From a bacterium (GTDB lineage: Bacteria; Thermotogota; Thermotogae; Mesoaciditogales; Mesoaciditogaceae), in contig JAJYYZ010000006.1 in assembly GCA_021800445.1 (NCBI GenBank), forward strand, positions 420 to 64,419: a DNA stretch of 64,000 nucleotides. Direction: 5' to 3'. The first letter of the stretch is position 1; each line of letters begins with the position of its first letter. The notes below the pieces were generated by a model that did not search any database, was not told where the DNA came from, and saw only the letters and a program-made list of their open reading frames with translations. Shown here one piece after another: positions 19,177-28,945 of this stretch. Made by a program: the position numbers and the translations under genes.

Positions 19177-20190
19177 ATGAAAAGATTTTTGATATTGATT
19201 TTATTCGTGATCCCAGTTTACGCATTTTCGATGACTCTGCCACAACTTTTCCAAAACGCACAGGCAAGCAACACGACATTTGCGATAGCGAACATCATGC
19301 TAAAACAGGCAAGCATGACATATCAGATGAACATGATTCAATCTTCAGTTCCTGTCATCAATCAAGGCGGACAGATATCGGCTCAAATTGCATACACATC
19401 GAGCCTTCAGACCTATCAAAATGATATCAAAAGTTATTACTCCAACGTTGTAAATGCTGCATTTGGAGTGAAAATAGCGAGCATAAATGTCGAGTTTGCA
19501 CAGATGAATTTAGACGTTGCAACAATGAATTATGCAAGTACTTTAGCACTTTTTCAAAAAACAATGGCATCGACCACCGCTTTACAACAGGCATCTGTTA
19601 CAGTTGCAACGGATCAAAATAGCCTCAAGAACGCTGTATGGAATTACAATTTTGACCTTTCTAATTTTCAAAACGTAACAGGATCAAAATGGCAAGAAGT
19701 CACATTTTCCGTTCCAGATCTTTCAAAGATACCCCAAAATATGACAACATGGACAAACAACGATTTAAATCTAAAACTTGCAAATCTTAACCTTCAAAAC
19801 GCGCAGTACAATTTGAACACAACGCCGTCGAATTCATCACAATACACAATTGAAATGGCAAAAATGGCAGTTCAGCAGAGTACTCTTAATCAAAGTAGTG
19901 CACTTCTGTCGTCACAAAACAACTATTCGTCATCGATTCAAAAACTTGAGTACGATTATCAAAGCGTTTTAAATGCAAAAGCAAATCTTGATATTTCAAC
20001 GAACAACCTTGTTTTTTACACTAATGAATACAATTCAGGACTTATATCTACGGTAAACTATCTCAGTCAATATAAGATACCTTATCTTAACGCTCAACTC
20101 TCTTACTACAATTCTCTTGAAACTTACTGGAGCGATCTCGTGCCTTACATGGTTTCAATTGGGTTGAAGCCGGAGGTGGCATTGCGGTGA
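19177..20190 (+). CDS. TolC-family outer membrane efflux protein 1
   Basis: Signal peptide; coiled-coil OEP pattern (Y.SGLIS..NY); first gene of a MacAB-type operon. Confidence 0.72.
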   Translation: MKRFLILILFVIPVYAFSMTLPQLFQNAQASNTTFAIANIMLKQASMTYQMNMIQSSVPVINQGGQISAQIAYTSSLQTYQNDIKSYYSNVVNAAFGVKIASINVEFAQMNLDVATMNYASTLALFQKTMASTTALQQASVTVATDQNSLKNAVWNYNFDLSNFQNVTGSKWQEVTFSVPDLSKIPQNMTTWTNNDLNLKLANLNLQNAQYNLNTTPSNSSQYTIEMAKMAVQQSTLNQSSALLSSQNNYSSSIQKLEYDYQSVLNAKANLDISTNNLVFYTNEYNSGLISTVNYLSQYKIPYLNAQLSYYNSLETYWSDLVPYMVSIGLKPEVALR

Positions 20191-21488
20191 TGAAATACCT
20201 TTTGATACCTCTACTCGTTTTGCCTGTGATGATCTTTGCTTCATCAAATTCATTTTTGGATCTTTACAATTCCGGTTTAAACCAGAATCCAACCTATCAA
20301 AGTGCAAATATCAATTTTCTACAGGCACAAAATAATTTGAATTCACTTACATCTTTTTTTGTACCTACACTAAGCCTAACAACGCCGTCCGTTGGACTGA
20401 CTTTTAACGCAACTGGCTTAGAAAATTCAACATCTTTTTTGGATATAAATCTTGGTATATTGAATTTGTACTCAACTACAATTGGATTTTCTTTGCCTCT
20501 TAACGTTAGCAACATGAGTTTTCAAACTCCAGAATTCAGCGTCTCAAGAAGTCTCATCGTTGAAGATCAAGCAGACATAATGTATGCAAAATATGCATAT
20601 TCAAACGCATTATGGTCTATACAGAACACAAAATGGTCGTACCTTACGACACTCGTTCAAAATGTATTCAACTGGTATTACTACGATCAAATGGCCAATC
20701 TTTATACGCAACAGGTTAACGCGCTTAAAAATGTTTACAATTCCATAAATCCTGAAAATTACACCCAGCAAAACGCGGCTTACCAACAATTACTTTCATC
20801 CCAATCCGCTCTTGCAAATTATCAAAATTCTTTGCAGACCATTCAGCCACTCCCAAACTTCACTCCATATTCGACACAACTTTACCAAGATACCATAACC
20901 TTTGTCTCTTCGATAACATCTGATTTTTCAACCGATATAAACGTAAACAACGTTATATCAAACAGAAATGACGTAAAAGCACTTCAATATCAATATCAGG
21001 CCTATCAGGCACAAGGAAATTTGTGGTTTTTACCTTTTATTCCAAATCCCACCATCACCTTTGCCGTGCCCTTGAATAACATTTCAAAATGGTCGATATC
21101 TTTAAGTCTTAATTTTTCATTGCTTAACGGTGGATCAAACGTAATTCAGTCTCAGCAAAGGTTGACAAATGTGCAGATCGGTCAGGAAGAACTTCAAAAT
21201 GCCACAACTACGGATATCTTATCTCTGGACGGCTTGATTTTAAAGCAAAGATCTCTTCAAATAAGTCTAACGACTGCCCAAAACAACGTGCGAACAGCGT
21301 TGCAGGCATTTCAAACGGCTGGAGCACTTTACAAAGAAGGACTTGAAAATCAAGATAATTACGCACTTGCCAATTTAAGTTATCAGGAATCGTTGTTAAA
21401 CGAACAGCAAGTGCAACAGCAAATACTTTTAAATGAAATTCAAATAATGCAAATGGAAGGAATCTCCTTTGGAGGTGAAGGAATTTGA
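20187..21488 (+). CDS. TolC-family outer membrane efflux protein 2
   Basis: Signal peptide; WSISLSLNFSLLNGG and LYKEGL OEP motifs. Confidence 0.78.
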   Translation: MMKYLLIPLLVLPVMIFASSNSFLDLYNSGLNQNPTYQSANINFLQAQNNLNSLTSFFVPTLSLTTPSVGLTFNATGLENSTSFLDINLGILNLYSTTIGFSLPLNVSNMSFQTPEFSVSRSLIVEDQADIMYAKYAYSNALWSIQNTKWSYLTTLVQNVFNWYYYDQMANLYTQQVNALKNVYNSINPENYTQQNAAYQQLLSSQSALANYQNSLQTIQPLPNFTPYSTQLYQDTITFVSSITSDFSTDINVNNVISNRNDVKALQYQYQAYQAQGNLWFLPFIPNPTITFAVPLNNISKWSISLSLNFSLLNGGSNVIQSQQRLTNVQIGQEELQNATTTDILSLDGLILKQRSLQISLTTAQNNVRTALQAFQTAGALYKEGLENQDNYALANLSYQESLLNEQQVQQQILLNEIQIMQMEGISFGGEGI

Positions 21489-22528
21489 AAAAATGGATTG
21501 TCATTATAGTCATAATAGCGATTGTCGTTGTTGGAGTTGGTGTATGGTACTTTGGATTTAGAAAACCTGCCGCGAGTGCAGCCTCAAGTGCAAATCCAGA
21601 TCTTGCCGTTGTAAATGGAGCCCATGTCTTATACACCGTGAGTGCGACAAGTATAGGAAATTATTTGCCACTTGTAGGCGCTGTTACAGGCAACACTTAC
21701 AACATAGGACCGTACATTTCCGGACAGATAACGAATGTCTACGTTTGGCAAGGTCAACTTGTGGGCATGAATCAGCCTCTTGCAAAACTGAATTCAACTC
21801 AATACCAACTTAATTACATTCAGGCTTTAAACAATTATTACAATGCACTTTTAAGTCAGGATGCGTCTTCTGTTATACAACAATACAAACTGGCATTGCA
21901 ACTTGCTAAGGAAAATTTAAATTACACGACGATCACCTCTCCAGCCACAGGATTTATCGAGCATTTGAACGTCGCAACGGGTGATTTTGTGAATGCTCAG
22001 ACATCATCTTCAAATTTGATAACCATAATACAAAATACAGGCATGTGGGTAACTGCCGATGTTAACGAGGTGGATCTTGCCGACATCAAAGTCGGTCAGA
22101 CCGCTTTGATAACCTTTACGCAACTCAACAATTTGACGTTAAAAGGAAAAGTTTCTTTTGTTCAACCATTTGCAACGACTCAAAGCGGTTTAACGGTGAT
22201 ACCTATAAACATAACCTTCGATCAGGATCCTCTAAAATACGGCGTTATTTATGGTCTTGATTGTAACATAAATCTTCTGCTCGGAACTTCAAAGGGAGTT
22301 TTGATTCCATATCAAGCTGTTTTCACGGGATCAAACGGTCAGAAATATGTGCTCTTGCAAACATCTTCAGGATATCAAAGATCTCCTGTCACACTTGGAA
22401 GTCAAAGCGGAATGATGGTTCAGGTTACGAGCGGAGTTAAAGATGGTGATGTGCTTATAATGAAAGTGCCTTCTGAATTTCAGCAAACGGGTAACGCATT
22501 TCGTGGCGTATTTAGAGGTAGACGATAA
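21485..22528 (+). CDS. Efflux periplasmic adaptor subunit (HlyD/MacA family)
   Basis: N-terminal TM; lipoyl half-motifs (ITSPATG..EHLNV..GDFV); VNEVDL..IKVGQ. Confidence 0.9.
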   Translation: MKKWIVIIVIIAIVVVGVGVWYFGFRKPAASAASSANPDLAVVNGAHVLYTVSATSIGNYLPLVGAVTGNTYNIGPYISGQITNVYVWQGQLVGMNQPLAKLNSTQYQLNYIQALNNYYNALLSQDASSVIQQYKLALQLAKENLNYTTITSPATGFIEHLNVATGDFVNAQTSSSNLITIIQNTGMWVTADVNEVDLADIKVGQTALITFTQLNNLTLKGKVSFVQPFATTQSGLTVIPINITFDQDPLKYGVIYGLDCNINLLLGTSKGVLIPYQAVFTGSNGQKYVLLQTSSGYQRSPVTLGSQSGMMVQVTSGVKDGDVLIMKVPSEFQQTGNAFRGVFRGRR

Positions 22529-22531
22529 AGC

Positions 22532-23227
22532 ATGGCCCTTTTAGAGTTGAGAAATGTTAAAAAAATATACGATATGGGGCGAGATATACAGGTAGAGGCT
22601 TTAAAGGGCGTATCTTTTTCCATAGAAGAAGGATCTTACACCGCGATAATGGGTCATTCCGGAAGTGGTAAATCGACTTTGTTGCAGATAATGGGATGTC
22701 TTGACAGGGCAACTGACGGTGATATCATAATAAACGGTACGGCTGTCAAGAACATGAATGATTTTCAACTCGCAAGATTCAGAAACAAAACAATAGGCTT
22801 TGTCTTTCAAAGTTTTAATCTCATAGGTAATCTTAGCGCGCTTGAAAATATCGAACTGCCGATGATATACGCTGGCGTTCCAAGAGCAGAAAGGCGAAAA
22901 AAATCTATGGAACTTTTAAAAACAGTTGGACTCGAGGAACCGGCAGAAAGAGGACATCACAGGCCAAACCAACTTTCAGGCGGTCAGCAACAAAGGGTGG
23001 CGATAGCGCGGGCGCTCGCGAATGATCCGGCCGTCATCCTTGCCGATGAACCTACCGGCAACCTCGCAGTCAATCAGTGGAGAAGGATCCTCGATATATT
23101 CAAGAAATTAAACGAATCTGGAAAGACGATCATAATAGTCACCCACGATCCTCTTGTAGGTGAAGAAGCCACCCGTACGATAATTTTAGAGGATGGAAGC
23201 ATAGTAAACGACGAGAGGATAAGGTGA
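22532..23227 (+). CDS. ABC ATP-binding protein (MacB/LolD type)
   Basis: GHSGSGKS Walker A; LSGGQQQRVAIARAL; ILADEPTGNL. Confidence 0.95.
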   Translation: MALLELRNVKKIYDMGRDIQVEALKGVSFSIEEGSYTAIMGHSGSGKSTLLQIMGCLDRATDGDIIINGTAVKNMNDFQLARFRNKTIGFVFQSFNLIGNLSALENIELPMIYAGVPRAERRKKSMELLKTVGLEEPAERGHHRPNQLSGGQQQRVAIARALANDPAVILADEPTGNLAVNQWRRILDIFKKLNESGKTIIIVTHDPLVGEEATRTIILEDGSIVNDERIR

Positions 23228-23231
23228 TCTT

Positions 23232-24449
23232 ATGGAAATTTTGATGGAGGCTTTCAGATCTCTTGGAAAAGATAAGGTAAGAACCTTCCTTTCGATGCTT
23301 GGAATAGTCATCGGTGTTATAGCGGTTATAATTGCAATTGCCATAGGAGCGGGTACAACACAAAATGTTACTGCAAGAATTTCTTCTTTGGGATCGAATG
23401 TCATAATAGTAACACCTGGATTTTCCGGAGGTTTTGGTGGAAGAGCAGCATCCGTATTGACAAGTGTACTCCAAGAAACGGATGTTCAAAATATCCAAAA
23501 CATGGCTCCAGACGTTGGAACCGTAACGCCGATACTCCAAAAAAGTTTTAACATCCTGTATCAAGCCACGAATACCGTGGCCACCGTATTTGGAGCCTAT
23601 CCGGATGCATTCTCGATTCTTGACCTTCCACTTCTGTCAGGAAGACTCATAACCCAACAGGATGAGCAAAATTACGCCAACGTTGCAGTCATAGGCAACA
23701 CGATAGCGACAACGCTTTTCGGGAATCAAGATCCTGTTGGACAAACAGTTTACGTTACGGCAGGAAATATTAAGGTCGCTTTTACCATAATAGGGGAATT
23801 GCAGGAGACTGGAGGCAAACTCACTTTTAATCCGGATAACATGCTTATGATTCCATACACAACGGCTTCGGCAAGATTAATCCAACTTAATGGAGGCGTA
23901 TCGCAAATACTTGCATCCGCAAAATCTGCGAATACCGCATTAGACGCGGTATCTGAGATCAACAACATCCTTTACATGAGACTTCAAAATTCCAATCAGT
24001 ACCGTATCATAAGTCAAAATCAGATTTTGTCAACTATTAGTCAGACAACAGACGTTTTAACATTGTTGCTTGCTTCTATAGCAGCCATTTCAATGATAGT
24101 CGGTGGTATAGGAATAATGAACATCATGCTCGTATCGGTTACCGAAAGGACGAAAGAGATTGGTGTCAAAATGGCTATGGGAGCGACAAGAAGAAGAATT
24201 TTGGGAGAATTTCTTGTGGAAAGTATGTTTATAACGATAGTTGCCGGAGCAATAGGGGTGGGTTTTAGTTTCCTCATTGCCATGATAGTGACATATCTTG
24301 CCAGTGGATTGGGACTTACGGTAATCATCACGTGGCCAAGTATAGCGCTTTCATTTGGAGTATCAGTTGCCATAGGTTTGTTCTTCGGATTGTATCCGGC
24401 TTACATGGCGTCTAAAAAGAGTCCTGTTGAAGCGCTAAGGTACGAATGA
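23232..24449 (+). CDS. MacB/FtsX-type ABC permease
   Basis: RTFLSMLGIVIG; GGIGIMNIMLVSVTERTKEIG; PVEALRYE. Confidence 0.95.
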   Translation: MEILMEAFRSLGKDKVRTFLSMLGIVIGVIAVIIAIAIGAGTTQNVTARISSLGSNVIIVTPGFSGGFGGRAASVLTSVLQETDVQNIQNMAPDVGTVTPILQKSFNILYQATNTVATVFGAYPDAFSILDLPLLSGRLITQQDEQNYANVAVIGNTIATTLFGNQDPVGQTVYVTAGNIKVAFTIIGELQETGGKLTFNPDNMLMIPYTTASARLIQLNGGVSQILASAKSANTALDAVSEINNILYMRLQNSNQYRIISQNQILSTISQTTDVLTLLLASIAAISMIVGGIGIMNIMLVSVTERTKEIGVKMAMGATRRRILGEFLVESMFITIVAGAIGVGFSFLIAMIVTYLASGLGLTVIITWPSIALSFGVSVAIGLFFGLYPAYMASKKSPVEALRYE

Positions 24450-24455
24450 GTTTTT

Positions 24456-24499
24456 ACGATCAATCGCAGTCTGACATCTGTCAGACTGCGATTGATCGT
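24456..24499. repeat. Perfect 21-bp inverted repeat with 2-nt loop
   Basis: ACGATCAATCGCAGTCTGACA-TC-TGTCAGACTGCGATTGATCGT. Confidence 0.95.
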
Positions 24500-24540
24500 G
24501 GTATAATCAAAGAGATCGCGTCATGTCTGGAGGTGATACT

Positions 24541-25266
24541 TTGGATTATAGACGTGAGTCGCAAAGAATATCTGAAATATCTGAAGGTGCAATTCTTGGT
24601 GGTTTAACGGCTCTGATTTATACCATGCAATTGATCGCGGGAATTGGCACGGTCGTAAGTTATTTAAGCCTTATACCTCTCGTTTATGCGGGAGAACGAT
24701 CATTTTCAGAATGGATAAAAGTTATCGTTGTCTCGACTATTTTTGTTTTTGCCTTCAATGACCTAGGAGGGGCTTTGTTTTTTGTGCTTTTCATTGTTCC
24801 GCTGTCGTTGTCTTTGATCTTAAGGTTTAACAATCAGTCTCTTTCTATATCTTCAAGCCCGATCTTTGTCGCAATTGTCTTAATTCTTTCCAGATTTCCG
24901 TGGATAGTTGGATTTACGATTTCCAGATATCTTAACGATTTTTGGGCTAATTTCTGGGTTATATTTGCTTTTATATTTGTAACTCTCACGGTGGAGATTT
25001 TTTCAAGATTTATACATAACATAATAGAAAAATTCGAGGTTAAGTCCAACGAAAATCCTAAAATTCCAGACGTGATTCTCTTATTTCTCGACACAGTTAT
25101 CATAATTACGGTTTATGGTCTTTCACTTCCATTTGTTTTCACCGTTTCAACTATTTTTTTGACGTTTTTATTTGAATTGACATATACAGCAATCAAAAAG
25201 GAAAGTATTCGCGTGGCCGGCAAAATATTAGAATACATAGTTAGCATCATAAAACATGTATACTAA
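24541..25266 (+). CDS. Hypothetical polytopic membrane protein (DUF2232/YybS-like N-terminus)
   Basis: TTG 24541 after GGAGGT (track start 24523); I.EGAIL..L pattern; 7-8 TM helices. Confidence 0.6.
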   Translation: MDYRRESQRISEISEGAILGGLTALIYTMQLIAGIGTVVSYLSLIPLVYAGERSFSEWIKVIVVSTIFVFAFNDLGGALFFVLFIVPLSLSLILRFNNQSLSISSSPIFVAIVLILSRFPWIVGFTISRYLNDFWANFWVIFAFIFVTLTVEIFSRFIHNIIEKFEVKSNENPKIPDVILLFLDTVIIITVYGLSLPFVFTVSTIFLTFLFELTYTAIKKESIRVAGKILEYIVSIIKHVY

Positions 25267-25271
25267 AAAAA

Positions 25272-25328
25272 TTTAACCTTTTTTGAGCGAGAATTCCCCC
25301 ATTTCTATAAGTGGTGAAAACATGTCAT
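25272..25328 (+). mobile_element. Minimal IS605-derived element (family 1, copy C)
   Basis: TTTAACCTTTTTTGAGCGAGAATTCCCCCATTTCTATAAGTGGTGAAAACATGTCAT. Confidence 0.7.
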
Positions 25329-25402
25329 ATTCTGAATCTTTGCTCTGTCAGATCTCTCCGTGATGGTAAATAAATGTTCGGCTTTGAAGTAAGTTTGGTA
25401 TA
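25328..25402. mobile_element. MITE family 2, short degenerate copy
   Basis: Right end GGTAAATAAATGTTCGGCTTTGAAGTAAGTTTGGTATA resembles the ends at 2470 and 54103. Confidence 0.55.
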
Positions 25403-25626
25403 TGTATTTATGATTTATGATGGATGTTTTTATAATTACATTCATGACTTTTATTGCATTCACGATTCATAAAGAATAATCTTTGAATAATTGTTGGTAA
25501 AATGATTGTAAATTTTTGTAGCAAAATCTTGATTTTTTCAATTTTCAGATCACGCAATCCATTATGTAGCAAGTTTTCCCAGCATTTCGCTCTAAAATCA
25601 CCACATTTTTACTTTTGGACACCCTT

Positions 25627-25642
25627 GGGTATGATCATACCC
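25627..25642. repeat. Perfect 16-bp palindrome
   Basis: GGGTATGATCATACCC. Confidence 0.8.
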
Positions 25643-25773
25643 ACCCCCGTCTTACCCCCCTAAAAAACGCGATCTTGGAAGTCACAATTTTCCTTATTTT
25701 ATTGTGAATTTACGTTTAAAGATGCGCTCCAGCATCGGCTGCGGGATGACATTGTTTTGTTTTTTACCTGCTA

Positions 25774-26784
25774 TTGGCCATTATACATTTCACTTTTAAA
25801 AAAGATTTAGTATATAATATCTTTGTATTTGTTGAAGGGCATGTGATTTTTTTGAACGATATTGAAGTTAAAAATTTAAAGAAGAAGTTCGGCGATCTTG
25901 ATGTTCTTAAAGATATTTCCATCGAAATAAAAAGTGGTGAATTTCTTGCAATACTTGGCCCAAATGGGGCGGGAAAGTCAACACTTTTGAAAATAATGAC
26001 GACACTTTTAAAGCACTACGAAGGAAAAGTTGAAATTTGTGGATACGATATAGAAAAATATCCCAAAAAGGTTAGAGAGCAGATAGGTGTCGTTTCTGAG
26101 AGTTTCATCCTCTACGATAGGCTAACGGCTATGGAAAATATGATTTTCTTTGGAGAATTGTATCATTTATCAAGAAAAACAGCGCTAAAAAGAGCCGAAA
26201 AATTTTTGAAAGATGTCGAAATGTGGGAATGGAGAAATAAAAAAGTAGGCAAGTTTTCCTTCGGCATGAAGCAAAGGGTCAACATCGTACGTGCTTTGAT
26301 GAACGATCCAAAGGTTATATTTCTCGATGAACCAACGGCTTCACTCGACATAAAAAGTGCTCTAACCGTTAAGAAACTTTTGAAAGAGATTAACGCTTCA
26401 AACAAGACTATTGTATTTACAACTCATATTCTCAGCGAAGTTGAAGAATTAGCGACAAAAATAGCGATCCTTAATCTTGGGCAACTTGTTGCTTTTGGAG
26501 CACCTGATGAACTTTCCATCATGGCAGAAGATCAAAAAGATCTTATCGTTGAAATAGAGAAAAATGATTCAAAAGATTACAAGGCTTTTTTCGATAAAAG
26601 TGGAATTAAACTTGATATGACGGGAAACACGATGAAATTTTTCTATTCGGACGGGAATGAACTTGAAAAGATAATAAAACTCATCTCCGAATCTAAAATT
26701 CCGGTTAGATCCATAAACTCTTCGGACAAAAATTTTGACAGAATATTCTTAAAATTGACGGATAAAGGCAGGGATAAAAATTGA
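25774..26784 (+). CDS. ABC-2/multidrug-type ATP-binding protein (no adjacent permease)
   Basis: GPNGAGKST; FSFGMKQR; FLDEPT; the true start is probably near TTG 25852. Confidence 0.9.
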   Translation: MAIIHFTFKKDLVYNIFVFVEGHVIFLNDIEVKNLKKKFGDLDVLKDISIEIKSGEFLAILGPNGAGKSTLLKIMTTLLKHYEGKVEICGYDIEKYPKKVREQIGVVSESFILYDRLTAMENMIFFGELYHLSRKTALKRAEKFLKDVEMWEWRNKKVGKFSFGMKQRVNIVRALMNDPKVIFLDEPTASLDIKSALTVKKLLKEINASNKTIVFTTHILSEVEELATKIAILNLGQLVAFGAPDELSIMAEDQKDLIVEIEKNDSKDYKAFFDKSGIKLDMTGNTMKFFYSDGNELEKIIKLISESKIPVRSINSSDKNFDRIFLKLTDKGRDKN

Positions 26785-27866
26785 CAAGGGAAGAAGATGT
26801 TACAAAAAAGATAGAAAAAGTGAGATCATACATACATTCACGGGGTAAAAAAGGAGCGGTGATTTCGTCAATTGAAAACTTCGCGTGGTTAACATCTGGA
26901 GCGCGATCTTACATAGCTTTAACCGATTCAACGGGTTCCGCGTGGTTGCTTGTTACGGCTGATGATACTTACGTGATCACAAAGAATATAGAGGCAGCAA
27001 GATTGAAAAAAGAGGAACTGCCGGGCAATTTAAAAGTTATAGAATTTGAATGGTTTTCAGATCCCAACGGTGCAATTAGAAAAATTTTAGATGATCAAAA
27101 CATACTCTTCGAAGCGGATCCGCAATTTGCCGAATTTTTGATCAATTCAAGGATAAAATTAAGTGAATATGAAATTCAGAGATATGCTGAGGTTGGCAGG
27201 AAAAGCGCTATCGCACTTGAAAGTGCTATGAAAAAGGTCACACCGCAGATGACAGAACTCCAGGGGAAAGGCCTTATAGAACAAGCACTTGCAAATGAAG
27301 GCCTCGATTCTTTACTTGTGCTTGTTTTTGGTGATGAGAGCAGGACTACTTACCGGCATAATCTTCCGAGGAATGTGAAAATCGGAAAAAGATGTTTTGG
27401 GTCAATATGCGCAAAAATGTATGGTTTAATAATTTCTTCGACGAGAACGATCGAATTCGAAAGGGACGAAAAATTCGAAAAACAATACATGGTAAACATG
27501 CAAGTTGAAAGTGAAATTTTGGATGCAACGTACAGATCAAATTCGATTGGACAGGTTTTCTTTGAAATAGAGAAATCTTATTCTTCTCATGGTTATCCAG
27601 ATGAATGGAGATTGCATCATCAAGGAGGAGTCGCAGGATATAAAACGCGTGAAATTGTTGCGACACCTCACATGACATTTGAGATATCAAACGGAATGTC
27701 TTTTGCGTGGAATCCGACCATAACGGGGACAAAATTGGAAGATACTTACGTAAGAACAGAATCAGGAATGAAACTTCTCAGTGTGGATGAAAACACCACA
27801 TGGCCTTATCAAGATGTGCAAATAAATGGAAGAAATTACAAAAGATCTCAAATATTAAAACTTTGA
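26781..27866 (+). CDS. M24 (pita-bread fold) family protein
   Basis: Creatinase-like N-domain; HHQGG, WNPT and KLEDT motifs. Confidence 0.8.
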   Translation: MTREEDVTKKIEKVRSYIHSRGKKGAVISSIENFAWLTSGARSYIALTDSTGSAWLLVTADDTYVITKNIEAARLKKEELPGNLKVIEFEWFSDPNGAIRKILDDQNILFEADPQFAEFLINSRIKLSEYEIQRYAEVGRKSAIALESAMKKVTPQMTELQGKGLIEQALANEGLDSLLVLVFGDESRTTYRHNLPRNVKIGKRCFGSICAKMYGLIISSTRTIEFERDEKFEKQYMVNMQVESEILDATYRSNSIGQVFFEIEKSYSSHGYPDEWRLHHQGGVAGYKTREIVATPHMTFEISNGMSFAWNPTITGTKLEDTYVRTESGMKLLSVDENTTWPYQDVQINGRNYKRSQILKL

Positions 27867-27874
27867 TTGAAAAA

Positions 27875-27902
27875 AAACAGGCTCTCAATTGAGAGCCTGT
27901 TT
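27875..27902. terminator. Bidirectional terminator
   Basis: AAACAGGCTCTCAATTGAGAGCCTGTTT between convergent genes. Confidence 0.85.
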
Positions 27903-27903
27903 T

Positions 27904-28803
27904 CTAAAATTCCTTCATTGCTTCATCAACGCTTTTACCTTCTACCGTTATATCATAAATTGCGTTACACATCTTTATGGCTTCGTCAAGAGATTTTTGG
28001 TGAATATTTCTTCCCGTCGCATTTCCGGATGCCCCACTTATGAAGATTTGATCGTGAAGTCTTTGAAGAAATGCTTTGATATCTATACTTGGACCTCCTG
28101 CACACAAAACCTTTGTCCTGCCGGCGGCCATAACCGCTTCTTTGAACAATTCTGCTATATTTCCTCCATCTTTAACTTCTGGATAATTGACTTTGGCAAA
28201 ATCACTTCCAAGAGTTGCCACTATACCTGTCGCTCCTGCCACAAGATGGGGATCGAGTTCATCTGTTACGGATATTCCGCGTGGATATGCCCATATGACG
28301 GTTACAAGACCATTTTCATGAGCCTTGTACACAATCTGGGCTGCTTGCCTTAAAATATCTCCTTCATATTTACTGCCAGGGTATATCGTGTATCCAACGG
28401 CTAATATCTTTAATCCCGTTTCTTTTTTGAATTTAACAACCTGATCGACATCTATCCATTGATTGCTAAAGGGATCCATTTGATCCGTTTTAACGATGTT
28501 TGTCTTCGAATTCAACTTCACAAGATACGGGACTTCCATGTAATCCATTCCGTATCTGGCTATCAGACCGAGTTGTGTTGCGAAAACTCCAATTTTAGCC
28601 TTACTGGCAATTTTAAAAAGATGTTCTGGATCCGCGTCGTCTATGGATATACCTTTGCCATAGAAATCTTTGTTTAGATGCTCAACCTTTTGATCTCCGG
28701 CAAAAAGCATCAATCTGCCAACGCCATGTGTCATTTCTTCGTAATTTTTGGTGTATTCTATACGTTTATTTTTCGGAACATCAAGAGGAACTTTGATTTC
28801 CAT
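27904..28803 (-). CDS. Class I fructose-bisphosphate aldolase (DhnA/archaeal type)
   Basis: FAGDQKVEH, VIWAYPRG, AKVNYP (Schiff-base Lys) and GRNIHQ motifs. Confidence 0.88.
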   Translation of the reverse strand: MEIKVPLDVPKNKRIEYTKNYEEMTHGVGRLMLFAGDQKVEHLNKDFYGKGISIDDADPEHLFKIASKAKIGVFATQLGLIARYGMDYMEVPYLVKLNSKTNIVKTDQMDPFSNQWIDVDQVVKFKKETGLKILAVGYTIYPGSKYEGDILRQAAQIVYKAHENGLVTVIWAYPRGISVTDELDPHLVAGATGIVATLGSDFAKVNYPEVKDGGNIAELFKEAVMAAGRTKVLCAGGPSIDIKAFLQRLHDQIFISGASGNATGRNIHQKSLDEAIKMCNAIYDITVEGKSVDEAMKEF

Positions 28804-28829
28804 ACCTGATCACTCCTTTCATAAAATTA

Positions 28830-28943
28830 TATAACAATTCGGCCTTAAAAGCCGAATGTTTATTTACCGTCACAGAGGACAGAATACCCTTGAAACGGCT
28901 TCCGCAGCGCAGCGAAGGCCAGATATTGAGGGGTCTAGCATAT
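28830..28943. mobile_element. MITE family 2, degenerate copy
   Basis: TTAAAAGCCGAATGTTTATTTACCG (28845-69) matches the family terminal motif; the far end is uncertain. Confidence 0.45.
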
Positions 28944-28945
28944 AC

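Noticed and set aside
25403-25773. Replication origin
   Set aside because: No clustered DnaA boxes (TTATCCACA or Thermotoga-type AAACCTACCACC) and no dnaA context.
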